A stretch of 64,000 nt of DNA from the human T2T-CHM13v2.0 reference genome, Homo sapiens. The notes under the pieces were generated by a model. That model saw nothing but the letters and a program-made list of their open reading frames with translations, searched no databases and was not told the DNA's origin. How positions within the stretch are numbered: position 1 is the stretch's first letter; each line of letters opens with the position of its first letter. A program made the position numbers and the translations under genes. The stretch is taken from assembly GCF_009914755.1 (NCBI RefSeq), contig NC_060928.1; one strand, 5' to 3'. Shown piece after piece: positions 26,709 through 44,640 of the stretch.

Positions 26709-27794
26709 TCACAAATCAGTTCTCCTGTAGAAGATTACAAATCAACAATTTTTATCTCTAACACTGCTGAAATTTGCTGTTTATTCATGGTAAAGGCCAA
26801 AAAAAAAACTACTGGAAATAATGTCGAGTAATTTGGAAGTATTTCACATGTCGGCACTTGGGATATTTTGAATGCCCCAATGTTACAAATGAGAATTAGA
26901 TAGGATGAAGCCAGTAAAACAGTTTTATGTAAGCTAAATACCACTATCACACTTGTAACAGCAAGAGTCCCTCTCATCAAAGACAAAAACATAAAAAAAT
27001 CATAAAACAGTCACACATATTGAAGTATTCTAATCAAGTTATTTAGAGCAACGATCATTGCTGATGCTTGAAAAAATTTTTAAAAGTAATTTTTTAATCA
27101 AATGCGATTTTTAATAAATAGAACACACATTTCTGAAACACTTCACTATAAACAAGTTTAATTAGTGAGAGTCTATAAGTAAGTGTCTTTAAAATTTTGA
27201 ACAAACATTTCTCAAAAGCACTGTGACTCACAGTTTTCACTTGATGTGTTTTTTTCTGTAAAGCTTCTTTAACTTAAGAAGTGTTCCTAATGTAAACATG
27301 TCTTATCAGAGTGGGCCAGAAGAATCTGTAAATGTTTCAGTGAGGATCATGATCTGATTTTTACAGAAAAAGAGGTGATGAAAATAATATTTTCAATGCA
27401 CAAACATGATAATGTGGACTGGAACTTTTAATATTCTGTTTTACATGCCTTTCTTTAATTTATGTGCACAAATTTGGTTCTGTTTGACAAACTGAACAGT
27501 TGTTATAGATAAATTCTATCACCTGTGGAAGTGCTTCTCTTTTGGTTTCAAACAACAATCCATTTGGTATTCCAAGATTCCTTCCACAAGATAACTTTAT
27601 ACCATTCAATGCCTATTAAAAGAATAACAAAAAGTGACAGCCATAATGGAGATAAGAACAAATCAATGGAAAGACATTTACCATTGGCAAGTAGTTGAAT
27701 CCTTTATGTTTTTCTCTTTTCAGATTCACCAAGGAGCTTTTTATATCTCACAAAATAGCATGTTGCTAATAAGAAGAATAAAATGAAACCAAGG

Positions 27795-29320
27795 TACAAA
27801 ATGATGTTCTGAGTTATGAATACAATGTGAAATAATTAAATCAAACTAACTAATATATCCATCACCTCAAATATTTAGCATTTTTTGTGGTGAGGCCATT
27901 TGAAATATACTTCCTAAGGAATTTTGAAATGTAAAATATGCAGTTATTAACTGTACTCACCAAGCCGTGCAATAGATTTCAAAAAAAAATTTATTTCTCC
28001 TGTCTAACTGGATTTTTGGCCATCATGTCCCCATATTCCTCCCCTGCTAGCCTCTGTAACCCCCATTTTACTCTCTGCTTCTTTGAGTTTGACTGTTTTT
28101 GACTTAACATATAGGTAAGATCATACTATATCTGTCTTCCTGTGTCTGGCTCATTTCACTTAGCATAGAGTTCTCTAATCTCATCCATGTTGCCACAAAT
28201 GACAGAATTTCCTTCTTTTAAAGGCTGAATAGTATCCCATTGTATATATGTACCATATTTACTTATCCATTCATCCACTGATAGACACCTAGGTTAATTC
28301 TATAACTTGACTATTGTCCATAGTGCTGCAATGAACATGAGAGTACAAACATCTCTTTGACATACTGATTTCAAATATTTTGGGTAAATAGCCCAAAGGG
28401 GGACTGCAGGATCACATGGCAATTCTAGTTTTAGTTTTTGAGGAACGTTTATACAGTCTTTCATAAAAGCTGTACTAATTTAAAACCCCACCAACAGTGT
28501 ACACGGGTTCTTTTTTTTTCCACATCCTTGCCAACATTTGTTACCTTTTGTCTTTCTGATGATAATAGCCATTCTTGATTAGTAGTTCTGAGCATTTTTT
28601 GATATATCTGTTGGTCATTTGTTTGTCTTCTGTGGAGAAATGTCTATTCAGAAAACTTGCCCAATTTTAAATTGGGTTATCTGTTTTCTTGCTATTGAGT
28701 TATTTGAGTTCCTTATATATTTTCAACACTAACACTTTATGAGACATATGGCTAGAAAATATTTTCACCGAATCCGTAGGTTGAGTCCTTACACATTAAT
28801 TGTTTTCTTCATTGCACAGAAGCTTTTTAGTTTAATATATTCCCCTTTGTCTATTTTTGTTTTTGTTGCCTATACTTTGGGGATCAAATCCAAAAAATCA
28901 TTGCCCTCACCAATGTCACGTAGTTTTTTTTTCCTTCATTTTCTCTTAATCGTTTATGGTTTCTGGTCCTATATTTAAATCTTGAATTCAATTTGAGTTG
29001 ATTTTTGTATGTGGTGTGAGATGAGTCCAATTTCATTCTTCTGTATGTGATTATCCAGCTTTTCCAGAACAACTTCTTGAAGACACTATTTTTTTTCCAT
29101 GATGTATTCTTGGCACCTTTGTCAAAAATCAATTGATCACACATATATGGGTTCATTTTTGGACTCTCTATTTTGTGTTATTAATAAATGTGTCTACTTC
29201 TATGCCAGCACCCTGCTGTTTTAATTACTGTAGCTTCGTGGTATAGCTTGAAATCAGATCATATAACACTTCTCCCTTTGTTGTCCTTTTGTTCATGATT
29301 TCCTTGGCTATTTAGGGCAC
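27795..29320 (-). mobile_element. L1MA-like 3' UTR and ORF2 end
   Basis: Antisense 3' end (ATATATCCATCACCTCAAATATTT); ORF2 peptide NPYMCDQLIFDKGAKNTSWKKNSVFKK. Confidence 0.9.
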
Positions 29321-29549
29321 TATATTCATTTTAATTATTTTTTGTGACATTATTTTAATAAAACAAAACCACTTAATATCTTGTTAATCATATTGGAACA
29401 TACTCTTTCAGGTCGTATAAATATCTGACCATTGACCTCAACAACTTTTTCTCCATGACCAACTTTACTCACCATTAAAATGGGAATTGCTGTTTCTCTG
29501 AAAAATGAAGAAGAAATATGTATGTTAATTACCGGGTTTAATACAATTT

Positions 29550-30256
29550 TTATTAATCTGTTCAGTAGATAATTTGACAAATATTTTTTGAGCATCTATG
29601 TTATGCTAAATGTCAGGAAAACATGGTGAGTAATACAGACCTAGGCTTTTCCTAGGAGGGGCCTAACTTAAAGGGAAAGACAAATAGCAACTTTGCCTGG
29701 CAAGTGTGAAATATTTCCAGGATACATAAAAGGAGAGCTAACTTAGTTCCTTTCTGAGACTGGTTCAGGAGAAATGATCCAGAAGATGTAGAGAGCGCAT
29801 GGGGAAAAAATTTCTGGGGAGAAGGAATGGTCTGTTTCAAGAAACAATTTGAAGTCAATAAAAACATAGTCAAGTTACCCAGCTCCTAATCTCCAGTTCC
29901 ATATCTGTAAGTAATCATGCCCAATTCCTAGCTAGGGTGTGTTGTTGAAATTTACATATAGTAAACTCCTAGAGCAGGACCTGTAAGTAATGAACAGACC
30001 ACCTATCATGACTATGATATGGTCCCAAGTGAATGGAGAAGAGGAAGCAGAGAGAAAGCAGGAGATGAGAGTGTGGGAGTACAAGGGCCAGGTTATGCAA
30101 TGTCTTGCAAACTATGTTACAGATTCTTGACTTTATACTAAATTTTAAGAAAAATAGTGACATGTTATGATTAATTTATTTAAACATTATTTGACCACTG
30201 TATAGGGAATGGATTGAAGGAAAGAAAGAGTGGATGAAGAGAACCCAGTAAGAGGG
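29550..30256 (-). mobile_element. L2 3' fragment (with a MIR-like piece at about 29870-29990)
   Basis: ACAAATATTTTTTGAGCATCTATG 3'-end signature followed by purine-rich L2 body. Confidence 0.65.
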
Positions 30257-30629
30257 TGTTATGAACAGAAGGTTGTGTCTCCCCAAAATTTTTATGTTTA
30301 AACCCTAACCTCCAATTCGATTGTTTTAGCAGGTGGGGTACTTCGGACATAATTAAATTGAGATGTGGTCATAAGAGGGGGTCACTATAATGGGATGAAT
30401 GTCCTGGTAAGAAGAGAAGACAGACCAGAAGTTAATTTCTCTCCATCATATTAGGACACAACAAATGGTGCCCCCCTGTAAAATCTAAAGAGGGCCCTCA
30501 CCAAAAACTAAAGCTGCTGGCACCTTGACCTTGGACTTCCTTGCCTCCAGAACTTTGATAAATAAATATCTGTTGTTTAAGTCACTCAGTCTACTGTAGT
30601 TTGTTATAGCAGCCTGAGCTGAATAAGGA
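30257..30629 (+). mobile_element. MLT1A/B MaLR solo LTR
   Basis: TGTTATG..TGTCTCCCCAAAATT..; GCACCTTGACCTTGGACTTCC..GCCTCCAGAACT..AAATAAAT..TTTGTTATAGCAGCCTGAGCTGA. Confidence 0.88.
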
Positions 30630-33600
30630 AGCTTCAGCAGAATTGTTTTTGAAGCAGAATATGTTGTAAACCTGGACTATAACAATAATGATGGCAAAAG
30701 GTGATTGGATTGCAGAGATGTTTGAGAGTAACATCCATAATACCTAAAAATCAGAGCACTATAGTTAAGTTCCTGGACCTGTGAACCATTCCAGCTGTGT
30801 TCAAATCTTGACCAGGCTATGTACAAACAATAAAACTTTCCACAGTAATCTACCTCTATATTCTTTATATCAGTATGTTGGGAGTCGTGCAAGTATTTAC
30901 TTTATGTAGTCATTACAGAAAGTAAAGTAATTAATATATGCAAAGTGCATGGATCCTTGTCTAGCACCTATTAAATATTGCTTACATTTATTGGTGACTA
31001 ATGGGATACGAGTGGTTAAAGAGAGAAAGCCATGAAGCAAGACTCGTGGTTTTATAAACCATATGTTGTAAAATAGAGACAAATGTTAAGATCTTCACGT
31101 AAAAACTAATTAATTCTTGTTGAATTGATTGAATACCCTGAATTTTTGAACACGTCAAATGCTATGGTTTTTCTTTGTTTCAAAAGATAAAATTTAACCA
31201 TAAAAATAATAGTTTTCCCTTTACATATTAAAAAAAAGCTATTGGTAAGGCAATCTTGAATTAAAAAAAATGCTTTTTGTTTAAAAAGAAGATAAGTTAA
31301 CATAGTTTCTAACCAAAAGTTGAATATTTAACAAAAAATGTAAAAGCCACTGATTTCTTTCTAATTTGCTTAAACTTCTCTTTTAAAGAAGGTATTTTTT
31401 TAATTGCAAAATGACCACAATATCATAAACATAATAAATGTATATAATTAAGGGGGAATAAACTCAATTATACAGTAAAATCTGCATGAGATGCCTAATC
31501 ACTAGAATTGAGACATTAATACATAATTATATTTTCACAAAACCTTTAAGATTATTTTATGTTTGCAAGAGTATATCAACAAAAATTAATAGATAAATTG
31601 TATTCTTTTCATCTTTTCCTTGCCTATAAGGATATTATAATCAAATAAGCTTTAGTCTTGCATAAAAGTTAGGCTTATCTTCATCCCATAAAACAAAATG
31701 GACTTCTAAAATGTGACAAACAATTTTTCTAGAATATATGTGTTACAGAAAGAATGTATTTTAACCTGTTGTGTTCTTTATATTTTTCTGTTTAAAGAAT
31801 TAGTAATCTCTTCCAAAACTACAATAGTTTGGTTTACCAGTGAAAAAAATCATAGTTTTGTACTCTCTAAAATGTATTTTTCAAATTTAGTTGGTTCTTT
31901 AAGAAGAAACATAAAATTACAATTATCTAAAAGAATGTCAATTTAGAGTGAAAAAATAAATTGCATGATACACAGTTTAGTAAACTAAAAACTATCACAA
32001 ACATCAGATAAGTCTAAAAAGAGAACATATTACTTTAATCAATTAACTCCCAGGCACAACTGCATTTTTGGCTCCATATTTTTTATCACCTATTTACACA
32101 ACAACAACCTTTATTATTTCATTTATTAGAGAAAATTAGAGAATAATTCTTTCTACATGGCTAGTAGAAATATTTCTTCTTATTATTAATAGTTTAGAAA
32201 GTTTCAGCTTTGCAATTTATTGATAATAAGAGGAATTCCAGGGGAAAATCTTTCAACTTTCATACATGAGCTATAATGTTTAGAAGAGTTTTCCAAAGGT
32301 GATCTTTTGGCTTCATGCTTTTCAAACCTTGTGTCTTCTCACCTATTCACATACTCCCAGTTCAAATGGCAATGTGAATCCAGTTTCTATATTTCTGTGT
32401 GCAGATACCAGTTGAGCTGACATAATGAATTGTAGGATAATTTCAGATGTCACCCTTTCACTCAGATAGACAACAGTAATTTAATTATATACCTGAAGTC
32501 ACTCTGGAGTCACAGAAATATATATCCTACTAAGCACAAACTAAATGTATGCTTAACTCAATTCCCATTCACATGCTCTCAGAAATGCTGGTGTTGCAGA
32601 AAGAAAAGCTGGAATAAAAATAGGCTAGGCTCTGAATTAATTATACTTAAAGTATCTTACTTTTTCAAATTGTGAAAAATACTATGACCCTATGAACACT
32701 CTGCATGGCCTTCTTTGAGGTCCTTAAAAGGTTTCTGTGAAAATGAACGACTGAATCCTCAGCTTCCTAAGCTTCACTACTGGTCCTATCGTGCCAGCAG
32801 AACTTTTAAAAATATAAAACGATTCGCCATTAATAAAAAATGAGCTACCATTTCTTTAAAAGTCTGCTGAGTTTAATATGATCGGGACAGGGTAGGATGG
32901 ATTGCCAGACATGCTGGAAATCCTACCATAAGATAATGTCGTCCAAAGATAATTTCATCTCTCCACAGTGCAACACAGTATTTCCATGTTATTTCTTGAA
33001 GATAATAACAATAAATCCCTCAAAATATCAACGCAGTATGTCTTGGAGCATTTAACACCAAAACTTCTTAAAGAATACCAGTAAAAATTTAAAAAGTCAC
33101 TATCTATGCGTGCTTGTTAGCATGGAAAGATCAATAGGGATTAATAGCTTTCTCTGGTCAAGCACACATAAACACTCATCTAGGTTTGCAGTAATTGCTC
33201 ACTACTACAAAGACTGTTTATGAATACAACTGCACCAGCCAAAAGAGTGCATAAAAATTACATGTATAAATATATACATATAATAGAGACAGAGAGAGAG
33301 AAAGAGAACATTTGTTCACTTCTTTATTAAGTAATTATTAATTTAGCAAACATGATTCACCATAGTGCTTTTCCAGAAACTGGACATAAAGTAATGAAAT
33401 TCAATAAAATTATTGACACTATATTTAGTGGAGGATAATACTATAAAAAATGAACACATATATGGAAAATTTACTGCGTGTAATATCTTTTTGCTTTTTG
33501 AATTGTGAATGGCAGTTTATAAGACTTATCTCTACAATAAACTATATCCCTTGAATACAAGGTTCTATGCATAGGAGTCTGTACATTTAATATTTAATAA

Positions 33601-34005
33601 CTCTTTGATGATTGTACTGATAAAATATATTACTTTTATATTCCAAGCTAGATTATAAGCTTTTGTTTATTACCACTATGTGGGACATTTCATATACTTA
33701 CTGGTTAATCGATTATTGAATGAGATTATATTTTCAGCATAGATGACTTTTTGCTCAATAATCTGTCATAACATCGAAGAATGGAAAGCTAGGCTATTCA
33801 AGGATAATTAAGAACTTACTATAAATTGAATACAGTATATAATTACACATGGGGTTATGAAACTTTTTACACCACAGCATAGAACGATCAGAATGAATTC
33901 ACTGTTTTGCTGAAGTGTATTGCTTTATCACTTACATAAAATCTGACACAAAGAAGTTTTATTTTCGGCTTGGGGTATATTTATTTTATTTTGTAATCAA
34001 AGGTA

Positions 34006-34311
34006 ATTATTATTACTATTATTATTATTATTACTACTATTATTTGAGACAGAATCTCGCTCTGTTGCCCAGGCTGGAGTACAGTGGTGTGATCTCGGCT
34101 CACCACAACCCCTGCCTCCTGGGTTCAAGTGATTCTCCTGCCTCAGCCTCCCAAGTAGCTGGGACTACAAGCATTTGCCACCACGCCTGGCAAATTTTTT
34201 GTATTTTTAGTAGAGACAGGGTTTCACTATGTTGGCCAGGCTGGTTTCGAACACCTGATCTCGCCTGCCTCGGCTTCCCAAAATGCTAGGATTACCGGCG
34301 TGAGCCACCAT
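34006..34311 (-). mobile_element. AluS with (TAT/TAC)n tail
   Basis: Antisense dimeric Alu; tail 34006-34045. Confidence 0.95.
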
Positions 34312-34809
34312 TGTATCATGATATATTCAGAGGCCTGTAGACAGGTTCATTGAATAAATTAATAAATTAATTATTGTCTTCATTTACTATTGCTGCAAAC
34401 TGACATGAACCTATTTATTCAAGATAGCTCTTAGTTTTTGTAGATAACTATCAAAGAAGTGTTAGATAGATAATGACAATTACCAACTTTTCTCAATTTT
34501 AACACCATAATACAATGAAAGCATATTACGTGCTATTTAGCATGCAAAATAGTGAAGTATTAGTCCTTGTTGGATATATGCATAACAGGAGGATTTTTAG
34601 TAACTGCTGTTGAACTGGTGCCTTTCTGATAGGATGTCCACTGGCAACCCTTTGACTGTTTCTTCTTGATTGGGACTCAGTTTTAACTTAACATAAGTAA
34701 GGCACATAATATTTTACTTTATATACTAAAGTAATTTAAAGAAAATTGCAGACATGGCGACATCCTCATTTTATTCTCTTTAATAAAGCCTATAATATGT
34801 ACCTAAATA

Positions 34810-38040
<3,231 letters not shown>

Positions 38041-38618
38041 ATATGAGCTTTGCATCTTCACCATTTGGTTTCTATGTCTTATTAGGAAGAAAATTCTAAA
38101 ATTCTAGGGGAAAGTAATTACTTGGTCTTTTTTTTTAACCAATTATTCCCAGGTCCTAGTTTATATGTTGAATAAATGAGAGTCTTTGCAGAATGTATCT
38201 GAAAATGTCCATGGTATTTTTTCAGATGTTTATCAACACATTACAAGAAAAAGTATTGGTATACAAAAATCTTGAAAATTTTTGTTTAAAGCAATGTTTT
38301 CTTCTCACACCTAAAACAACAAAAGTATTGGTTTTATTCTTATTTTCCATGTGTTTTCTATATTTAAAACCATAGAAGAGAATCTATAACATAAAAGTTG
38401 AGTATCTTCTACTCTACTATTTTTTTGAAGTATAATAAAGACAAATGACTCCATCTCTTCTCTGAATATTTGCATTCTTGAATATACTTTTCTTGGGACA
38501 AATCACAATTTGCATGGCCTTTCCAAAGGGTTTGTATGTGATACACAGATATTAGGTTGAGAAAAACCTCAGTCTGCAATTTCAAATTTATCACTGATAA
38601 ATATGCAAGAATTACTGG

Positions 38619-38652
<34 letters not shown>

Positions 38653-38663
38653 GACACACACAC
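38619..38663 (+). repeat. (TA)n(CA)n microsatellite
   Basis: Read directly. Confidence 0.92.
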
Positions 38664-39699
38664 GTAGTGTAAGTGTATATATTCTTTCTCTTCCAAAGCA
38701 AAACTTTCTTCAGTAAAGGGCATGTGAAAGTCTACAAAACCAAACCTAATTATTAGCTAGATTCCAAAAAGATTTTCTACCAATAAATCATGAAAATTAA
38801 AGCAAACTGTGACCTACCTTGCTTAAGCTATTGCTCTGCTCTAGTTTTGAGCAAAAGTAAAGGAATACATATTTCAGGGCTTTTTTTCAGTTCTCTTGAA
38901 AACTACAATGTTCCATAAATGTGGCATTTTTTATTTATGGTCATGATAAAACAAAATGATTTTGTGACTTCTCTTACATAACTATCATTCTTATATTTTT
39001 CCTAGACGGCAATCAACACACAGCTATTTATTTATAAATGTGACAGGTCAATTCTTAGACATCTGGGATAAGGTGAGGTTTTTTTAGTTTTGGTTTTGCT
39101 TTTTAAGCAAGCAGCTAGATAATAGATATTGTGATATTTTACATATGTTTTAAATTAATCTGGAGATATTAATTGTTGACGTATAAAATTTTGTGTAATT
39201 GAAAATTACATGTATATATTTACACAAGTGTATATGTAAGTATTCATCAATATTAATATGGTCACATATATAAATTTATACATATACATATATAGGTATA
39301 TTCATCAAAAATAAGATATATATCTTTAACTTAATTGATTTTTAATTGCTATAAATTATAATTAGGTATTTTAGTGAATGATTTTGCTTGTTATATTGAT
39401 GTGTCCAATTGATCTGTAAGAAGATTACAGCTACTGTCCTGAAAGGTGAGAGTTTGAGTACAAATGAAGAGGTAGTCTTAAACTGATCAATTTAGTGATT
39501 AACTGAATTTTTAATACTGTAGGAAAATGAGAACAAGTATAATATATTTTTAAACTTTTAAAATTAAAGTGCTAAAATATTCAAACTGTTAAACCTTAAA
39601 ATACCAAACCAAACAACTTCATGTACCACATCCTAGGGTGAGGAAATTGACTCCGTCAGACTGTAGGAGCCACTTAAGATTACCAAATTAGATATGGAC

Positions 39700-39830
39700 A
39701 GGTGTGAGCATGCCATTCTCACAGATGGAGGAATTCAGACACAGAAGGATTAAGGAACTTGTTCAGGATCCACAGCTGTTCAAGTTCGCGCAGCCATGAC
39801 TGGAACCCAGTGTGAATGGGATCTTATCCT
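39700..39830 (-). mobile_element. MIR
   Basis: CCATTCTCACAGATGGAGGAATTCAGACACAGAAGGATTAAGGAACTTG. Confidence 0.7.
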
Positions 39831-41203
39831 GGGGTTTGCTCACTTCATTGACCTGCCTTTTATTAATTGCATTATATTCACATTTTTAATTTTTTGTTAC
39901 TATAGTGCTATAAACAATTTGGCACACTCATGTAATATTTTAATTATGTTAATAAGTCAAATATCTATAAAAATCAAAATCTTTACTACAGTCATTTTTA
40001 TATTGACAGGAAACTGACTACTAGGTTCCAAGATCAATTAATCTGTTTAGATACAAAAAGGAAGAGTGTTTTCTTTTTTATGTATGAATCCTCACCACAT
40101 TACTCTGGTCATACAGCCAGTCCTGGAGTTGCTGTCTCCCAGATCCTGCCTCCCACCAACTCTCAGGTGAACAGAAAGAGTATTTGAGGACCAGAAGAAG
40201 AGCATTTTTCTAATCCTGGCCGAGGACCCTGATTTTATGGTTCAAAATGTACCAGTTTTCCCTGTTTATCCTCCTTCTTCACCTCAGCTTATTATAAATC
40301 TAATTACTATATTGTAATTTGTTTAATAAATGTCCCTTCTGTTAAATGAACTAGCAAGATCTGGGTCTTTGTCCAACAACTGACACAATACTTGGCATTA
40401 AGTTAACTGAAGTTTATTAGCTGAAGATGACCAGAATCTCCTTATATCACCACTTTGTGCATCCAGGCTGCTTCTATTTTGCCTCTCTCCAACTCCAACT
40501 GGAATAACTTAGGTTTTGTTTAAAAGGATTTATTAACGGGGGGAAGGGAATAGTAAAATTAAACTATGCGATTGGGGATTTATTCCAAGAAATATAATGT
40601 TATTTATCAATTAATTACATAAGCCTTGCCAGGAGCTTCCTGAGAAGAATAGATATGTGGACCAAGGAACAATAGAATATTTTTGTGAATAAAAACTTGA
40701 ACATTTTGGGCTTGCCTCTGATTAAACTCTACAACGAAGTATAGATAACTTTACTGTCCTTTCACTACAAAACATACATTCCACTCATCTCCCAGATATA
40801 AGCCAGTGTGAACTATTTCCTCCCTTTGGACTTGAGAAAAGTTTTTCTCAAGTATCAAGGAATTGCTCCAAACTAATGTTGGCATTTAATTTAACTGGAA
40901 TTTCCTTCAACCTGATTCAAAATATATATGATATTGAACTTAATTGAATGATAGGTTTAAAATTCTTCCGTGAGTATAACACAGTGACCCCTGTAACCTT
41001 TATTTAATTGTGAAAATAAATGTATTGTTTTCATCCATGTTACTCTAAGGGACTTTCTAATGAATCTCTTCTTTGGAATTTGGTATTTCTCTGAAAATAC
41101 TGATTGACATGACTTAACATTGTAGCGTAAACAACAACAACATAAAATCAAAAGTATACCTCCAAAATAGCTGAAAGAACATTGAAAAGACTTATAGGAT
41201 TAG

Positions 41204-41326
41204 TGATGAGTTGATGGGTGCAGCAAGCCAACATGGCACACGTATACCTATGTATCAGACCTGCACGTTGTGCACATGTACCCTAGAACTTAAAGTATAA
41301 TAAAAACATAAAAATTTTTAAAAAAA
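41204..41326 (+). mobile_element. Very short L1PA 3'-end insertion
   Basis: GATGAGTTGATGGGTGCAGCA..GCACATGTACCCTAGAACTTAAAGTATAATAAAAA; candidate TSD GATTAGT/GATTGGT. Confidence 0.92.
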
Positions 41327-41439
41327 GATTGGTCATATCTCTGGATAAGGAAATAGAATGGATAAATGTGGGGAAGGGGGATTTATTTTTTGCTGATGTA
41401 CTTTGATGTATAACATTTTGAGTATTTGAAAATTCTAGA

Positions 41440-41536
41440 TATATATGTGTTTATATATGTATGTATATGTTTGAGTATATACATATACACACATATATGT
41501 GTGTGTGTATACATATGTATATGTACACATGTATAC
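41440..41536 (+). repeat. (TA/TG/CA)n low-complexity tract
   Basis: Read directly. Confidence 0.85.
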
Positions 41537-41922
41537 TGTATTAGTCTACTTGGGCTGTGTATTAGTCAGTTTGGGCTGGTATTACAACTATGACATAAAC
41601 TGAGTAGTTTAACAAATGTTCATTTCTCACAGTTCTGAAAGCCGAGAAGTCCCAAATCAAAATGCCAGCAAATGTGGTGTCTTGTGCAGGCCACTTCCTA
41701 ATTTGCAGATGACCATCTTCTTATTATATCCTCATATGAGGAGATCAAAGAGCAAGCATCTCTCTCAGGTCTCTTATCATAAGGGCACTAATTCCATTTA
41801 TGGGGGCTTGACCCTCATTAATTAATTACCTCCCAAAGTACCCACCGACAAATCCTGTCACACTGAGGATTTAGGCTTTAACATATGAATTTTGAGGAGC
41901 TATCAATATTCATTTCATAGCA
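41537..41922 (-). mobile_element. MLT1A-like MaLR solo LTR
   Basis: TGTATTAGTC..GGGCTG start, TTTCTCACAGTTCTG, AAGGGCACTAATTCCATT, TTTAACATATGAATTTTGAGG..CATAGCA end. Confidence 0.88.
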
Positions 41923-44344
41923 GGCCACTCAATCCCCCTGAACCAGATATTCAGTTTCCTGGTGTCACCCAGAATTTTGCTTACCCCCTCCAGCAGGACC
42001 CCTGCTGTCTGGGAAAAGCTGTCCAGAATTCAGTTCCAGCTGACAGGGTATGGCTATGAATCCACCACTCAGTAAAATGGCAGACAGGTGGAGCCCTGCT
42101 GCCACTGCCACACCCATTTCTGAGAAAATTTGTATTGTAACTGATAAGTGTCATGGAGGAGTGTGCCAGGAAAATAAAGTGCCTTCTAATTTTAAGGTTC
42201 CTGGCTCCAATCACAGAATGGCTGAGCTAGAGAATTGCTTTCTGGTTTTGCAAACAATCATAGGACTATACCTTACAACCTACCTCAGCAGTAAGTAATA
42301 CTACTTATAAGCATTTTTGAGTAACTACTCTCTGGAGCTCTTTACAACAATTGAGCTCTCAGCATAAATGTGAATCTTGTCATAGAGTGATGTAATATCC
42401 AACTAAATTCTCTATTCTAAAAGTTCCTAGAATACCCAGTAGGCAGTATTTTGTTTTTGTTTTGTTAAATTTTGTTTTTCCGTCAAGATAAGAAAATAGA
42501 GAGGGAAAGAAGGGAAACAGTGTTTCCATGGCTAGTACAAAAATAATAAATCCTCTTTCCTAAACTGTTACTGAAGAAATTTGAGGATAGTGTGTTCTTG
42601 GGTCGAGAGGTAGGCTAGAAAGGCAATTGCATACACAGGACATCCCTTCAATTTCCAGAAGGGAGTAATTAAAGAGATTAAATATTTAAATAATTAGAAA
42701 GTAACAAAAACAGTTGCAAAGAGAAGTGATTATTTCAGGGAGAATGAGATTAAAAGATTCGCATCTCTTTTTCCATGAATATTTAACCCACACATTATAG
42801 TCATCAAATCCAAGGGAATCAAATTCAGAATCATAAAATATAATGATTGGCATATTAATTGCTTCCTAAGTAAATTTGATTTAAAGGTACACAAATTGAT
42901 GTACTATGTAAGTTTAACTGATTCTTAGTAAGATTTGAAAGAAAAAGTAGTAGACTTTGGAATCTCAGCTGGGAAGAGAGTAGTTAGAAAGACTGTTGCT
43001 GCTTTTACATACTATGACCTGCTTGCCACTAACCCCGCTAGCTCTGGATAAAAAGGAGCAGTTTAGAAATGGGAAAAGGAAAACATTCTGGCACAAAAAC
43101 CTGTTTCTCTTTCAAGCCAGTCAGTATGTCACCAGGCCTCTGCAGAGAAATTATCCATCACTGTTTATCTATTTAGGTAGCTTCAATAGCCCCACCCAAT
43201 TCACGGAGGGGAAAGAACAGAAAAATAAGTGGTTTCCCCATGAGGAGGAAATCTCATTAAGACAAGTTCCCATTTGCTTTTTGTCATCATTGTATAACTC
43301 CCACCTTAAGTAAGGCCTGCACATTGTAGGATCTCACTAAATATTTGTTGAACAGTTAATAGATTTATATAATTTGGTCATCCAAGTTTCCACAGTAGAC
43401 TTGGATATGGGTGTCAGTGGTAGATCCTTTACTTCCCAGGGTCCCTGGGTAACTCCTCTGCTTGTCAAGGCAGCAAAGCAAATGCTCCAGCTGCCTCTTG
43501 GCTGACAGTGTCTGCCCCACCTCGTTGGTTTGGCGGCAGCTCCCCTCGGCACTGGGCTTCTTGGCTATAAGAGTGGCTGAGGTTGAATTGATCCAGGCTC
43601 TCTCTACAGATGTTGTCACTACTCCCCTATGCTATTGCTCATCAGAACCTATTACAAACGAAGTCCTCAGGAATTCAGAGACTAATATACTCACTATCCT
43701 CCTTCCCACCATGATTTGCACTTTGTACATGCCTACTTAACAGAAAGATTTCACATCTCATTTCCCACAGCCATGTGTTTCACATAATTGTCATTTTATA
43801 GATTAGTAGCCTTTAGCGAAGTGATAACTAGTTAGTGAATAATTCCATTCCATAATTTCCAACTTCCAAATTCAAGGCTCTCTGTTATGTTATTACTAAT
43901 GTCTTTGTACAATCTCTAAAACTTGAGAATAAGAATAGTCCAAAATTTTTTAAATTTAAAAAATAGTCAATGTGACATTAGCAATAAATATGAAACAAGA
44001 CTCATACTTGTGAAATCAGGGAACCAGAAAAATCATACAGGCAGAAAGGGTGCCTAAATCAAGCCATAAGAAGGAACAGTGGTGTGCATGAGCCTAAATG
44101 GCCAATGAGAAGCACCCAAGAGTACTAAGAAGACTGAATTGTATCTTTAGCCTTAGGCTGACAAATGACATTTTAAAATACCCAATATTTTAAGAGTACA
44201 GATCATAGCTTCCAAAATTTCATTACCTAGCAAAATATTTGCCACAAAATCAATCCTAATGAAGGAGGGAGAAAACTTTAATTTTGAAAACAAAAAATAC
44301 AGGTTGGTGTAGTACAACATTTATGAAACCATCTGAGTTTTATA

Positions 44345-44640
44345 GTGTTGCATTTTGAGTTCCTTGGGAAGCAAATTCCAAAACATAAATTAGTATGCAA
44401 GATTGCTGCCAGGATTAATACTTGAGGGAGAGGGTACAACAAGCAAGATTGACAGATGGGATCGTCAAACTGCAGTGCGGTCACAATAAGGCCTCAGTTG
44501 TTCTTGCAGAAGAAGCTGTAGTGGCCCTGTAGAATTGTCTCAAGTTGGAGTGACAGGACTGGGCTTATATACCCTTGCATGGCCGAGACTTTTGATGCAG
44601 TAATCCTGTGGAAAGGACACAGGGCTAATAAAAAACCAGC
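44345..44640 (-). mobile_element. LTR33-like ERVL LTR fragment
   Basis: GGGAAGCAAATTCC.., AACTGCAGTGC..AAGGCCTCAG.., GGCCCTGTAGAATTGTC match the recalled LTR33 antisense pattern. Confidence 0.6.

Noticed and set aside
33915-34289. Poly-Tyr ORF; likewise poly-Phe (11144), poly-Asn (26516) and poly-Lys (37087) ORFs
   Set aside because: Translations of Alu tails and bodies.
40830-40853. ACTTGAGAAAA-GT-TTTTCTCAAGT hairpin (and a similar 10-bp stem near 55390)
   Set aside because: Short arms; plausible by chance or local slippage, no supporting context.
43505-43545. Possible CTCF site
   Set aside because: Several mismatches at core positions.
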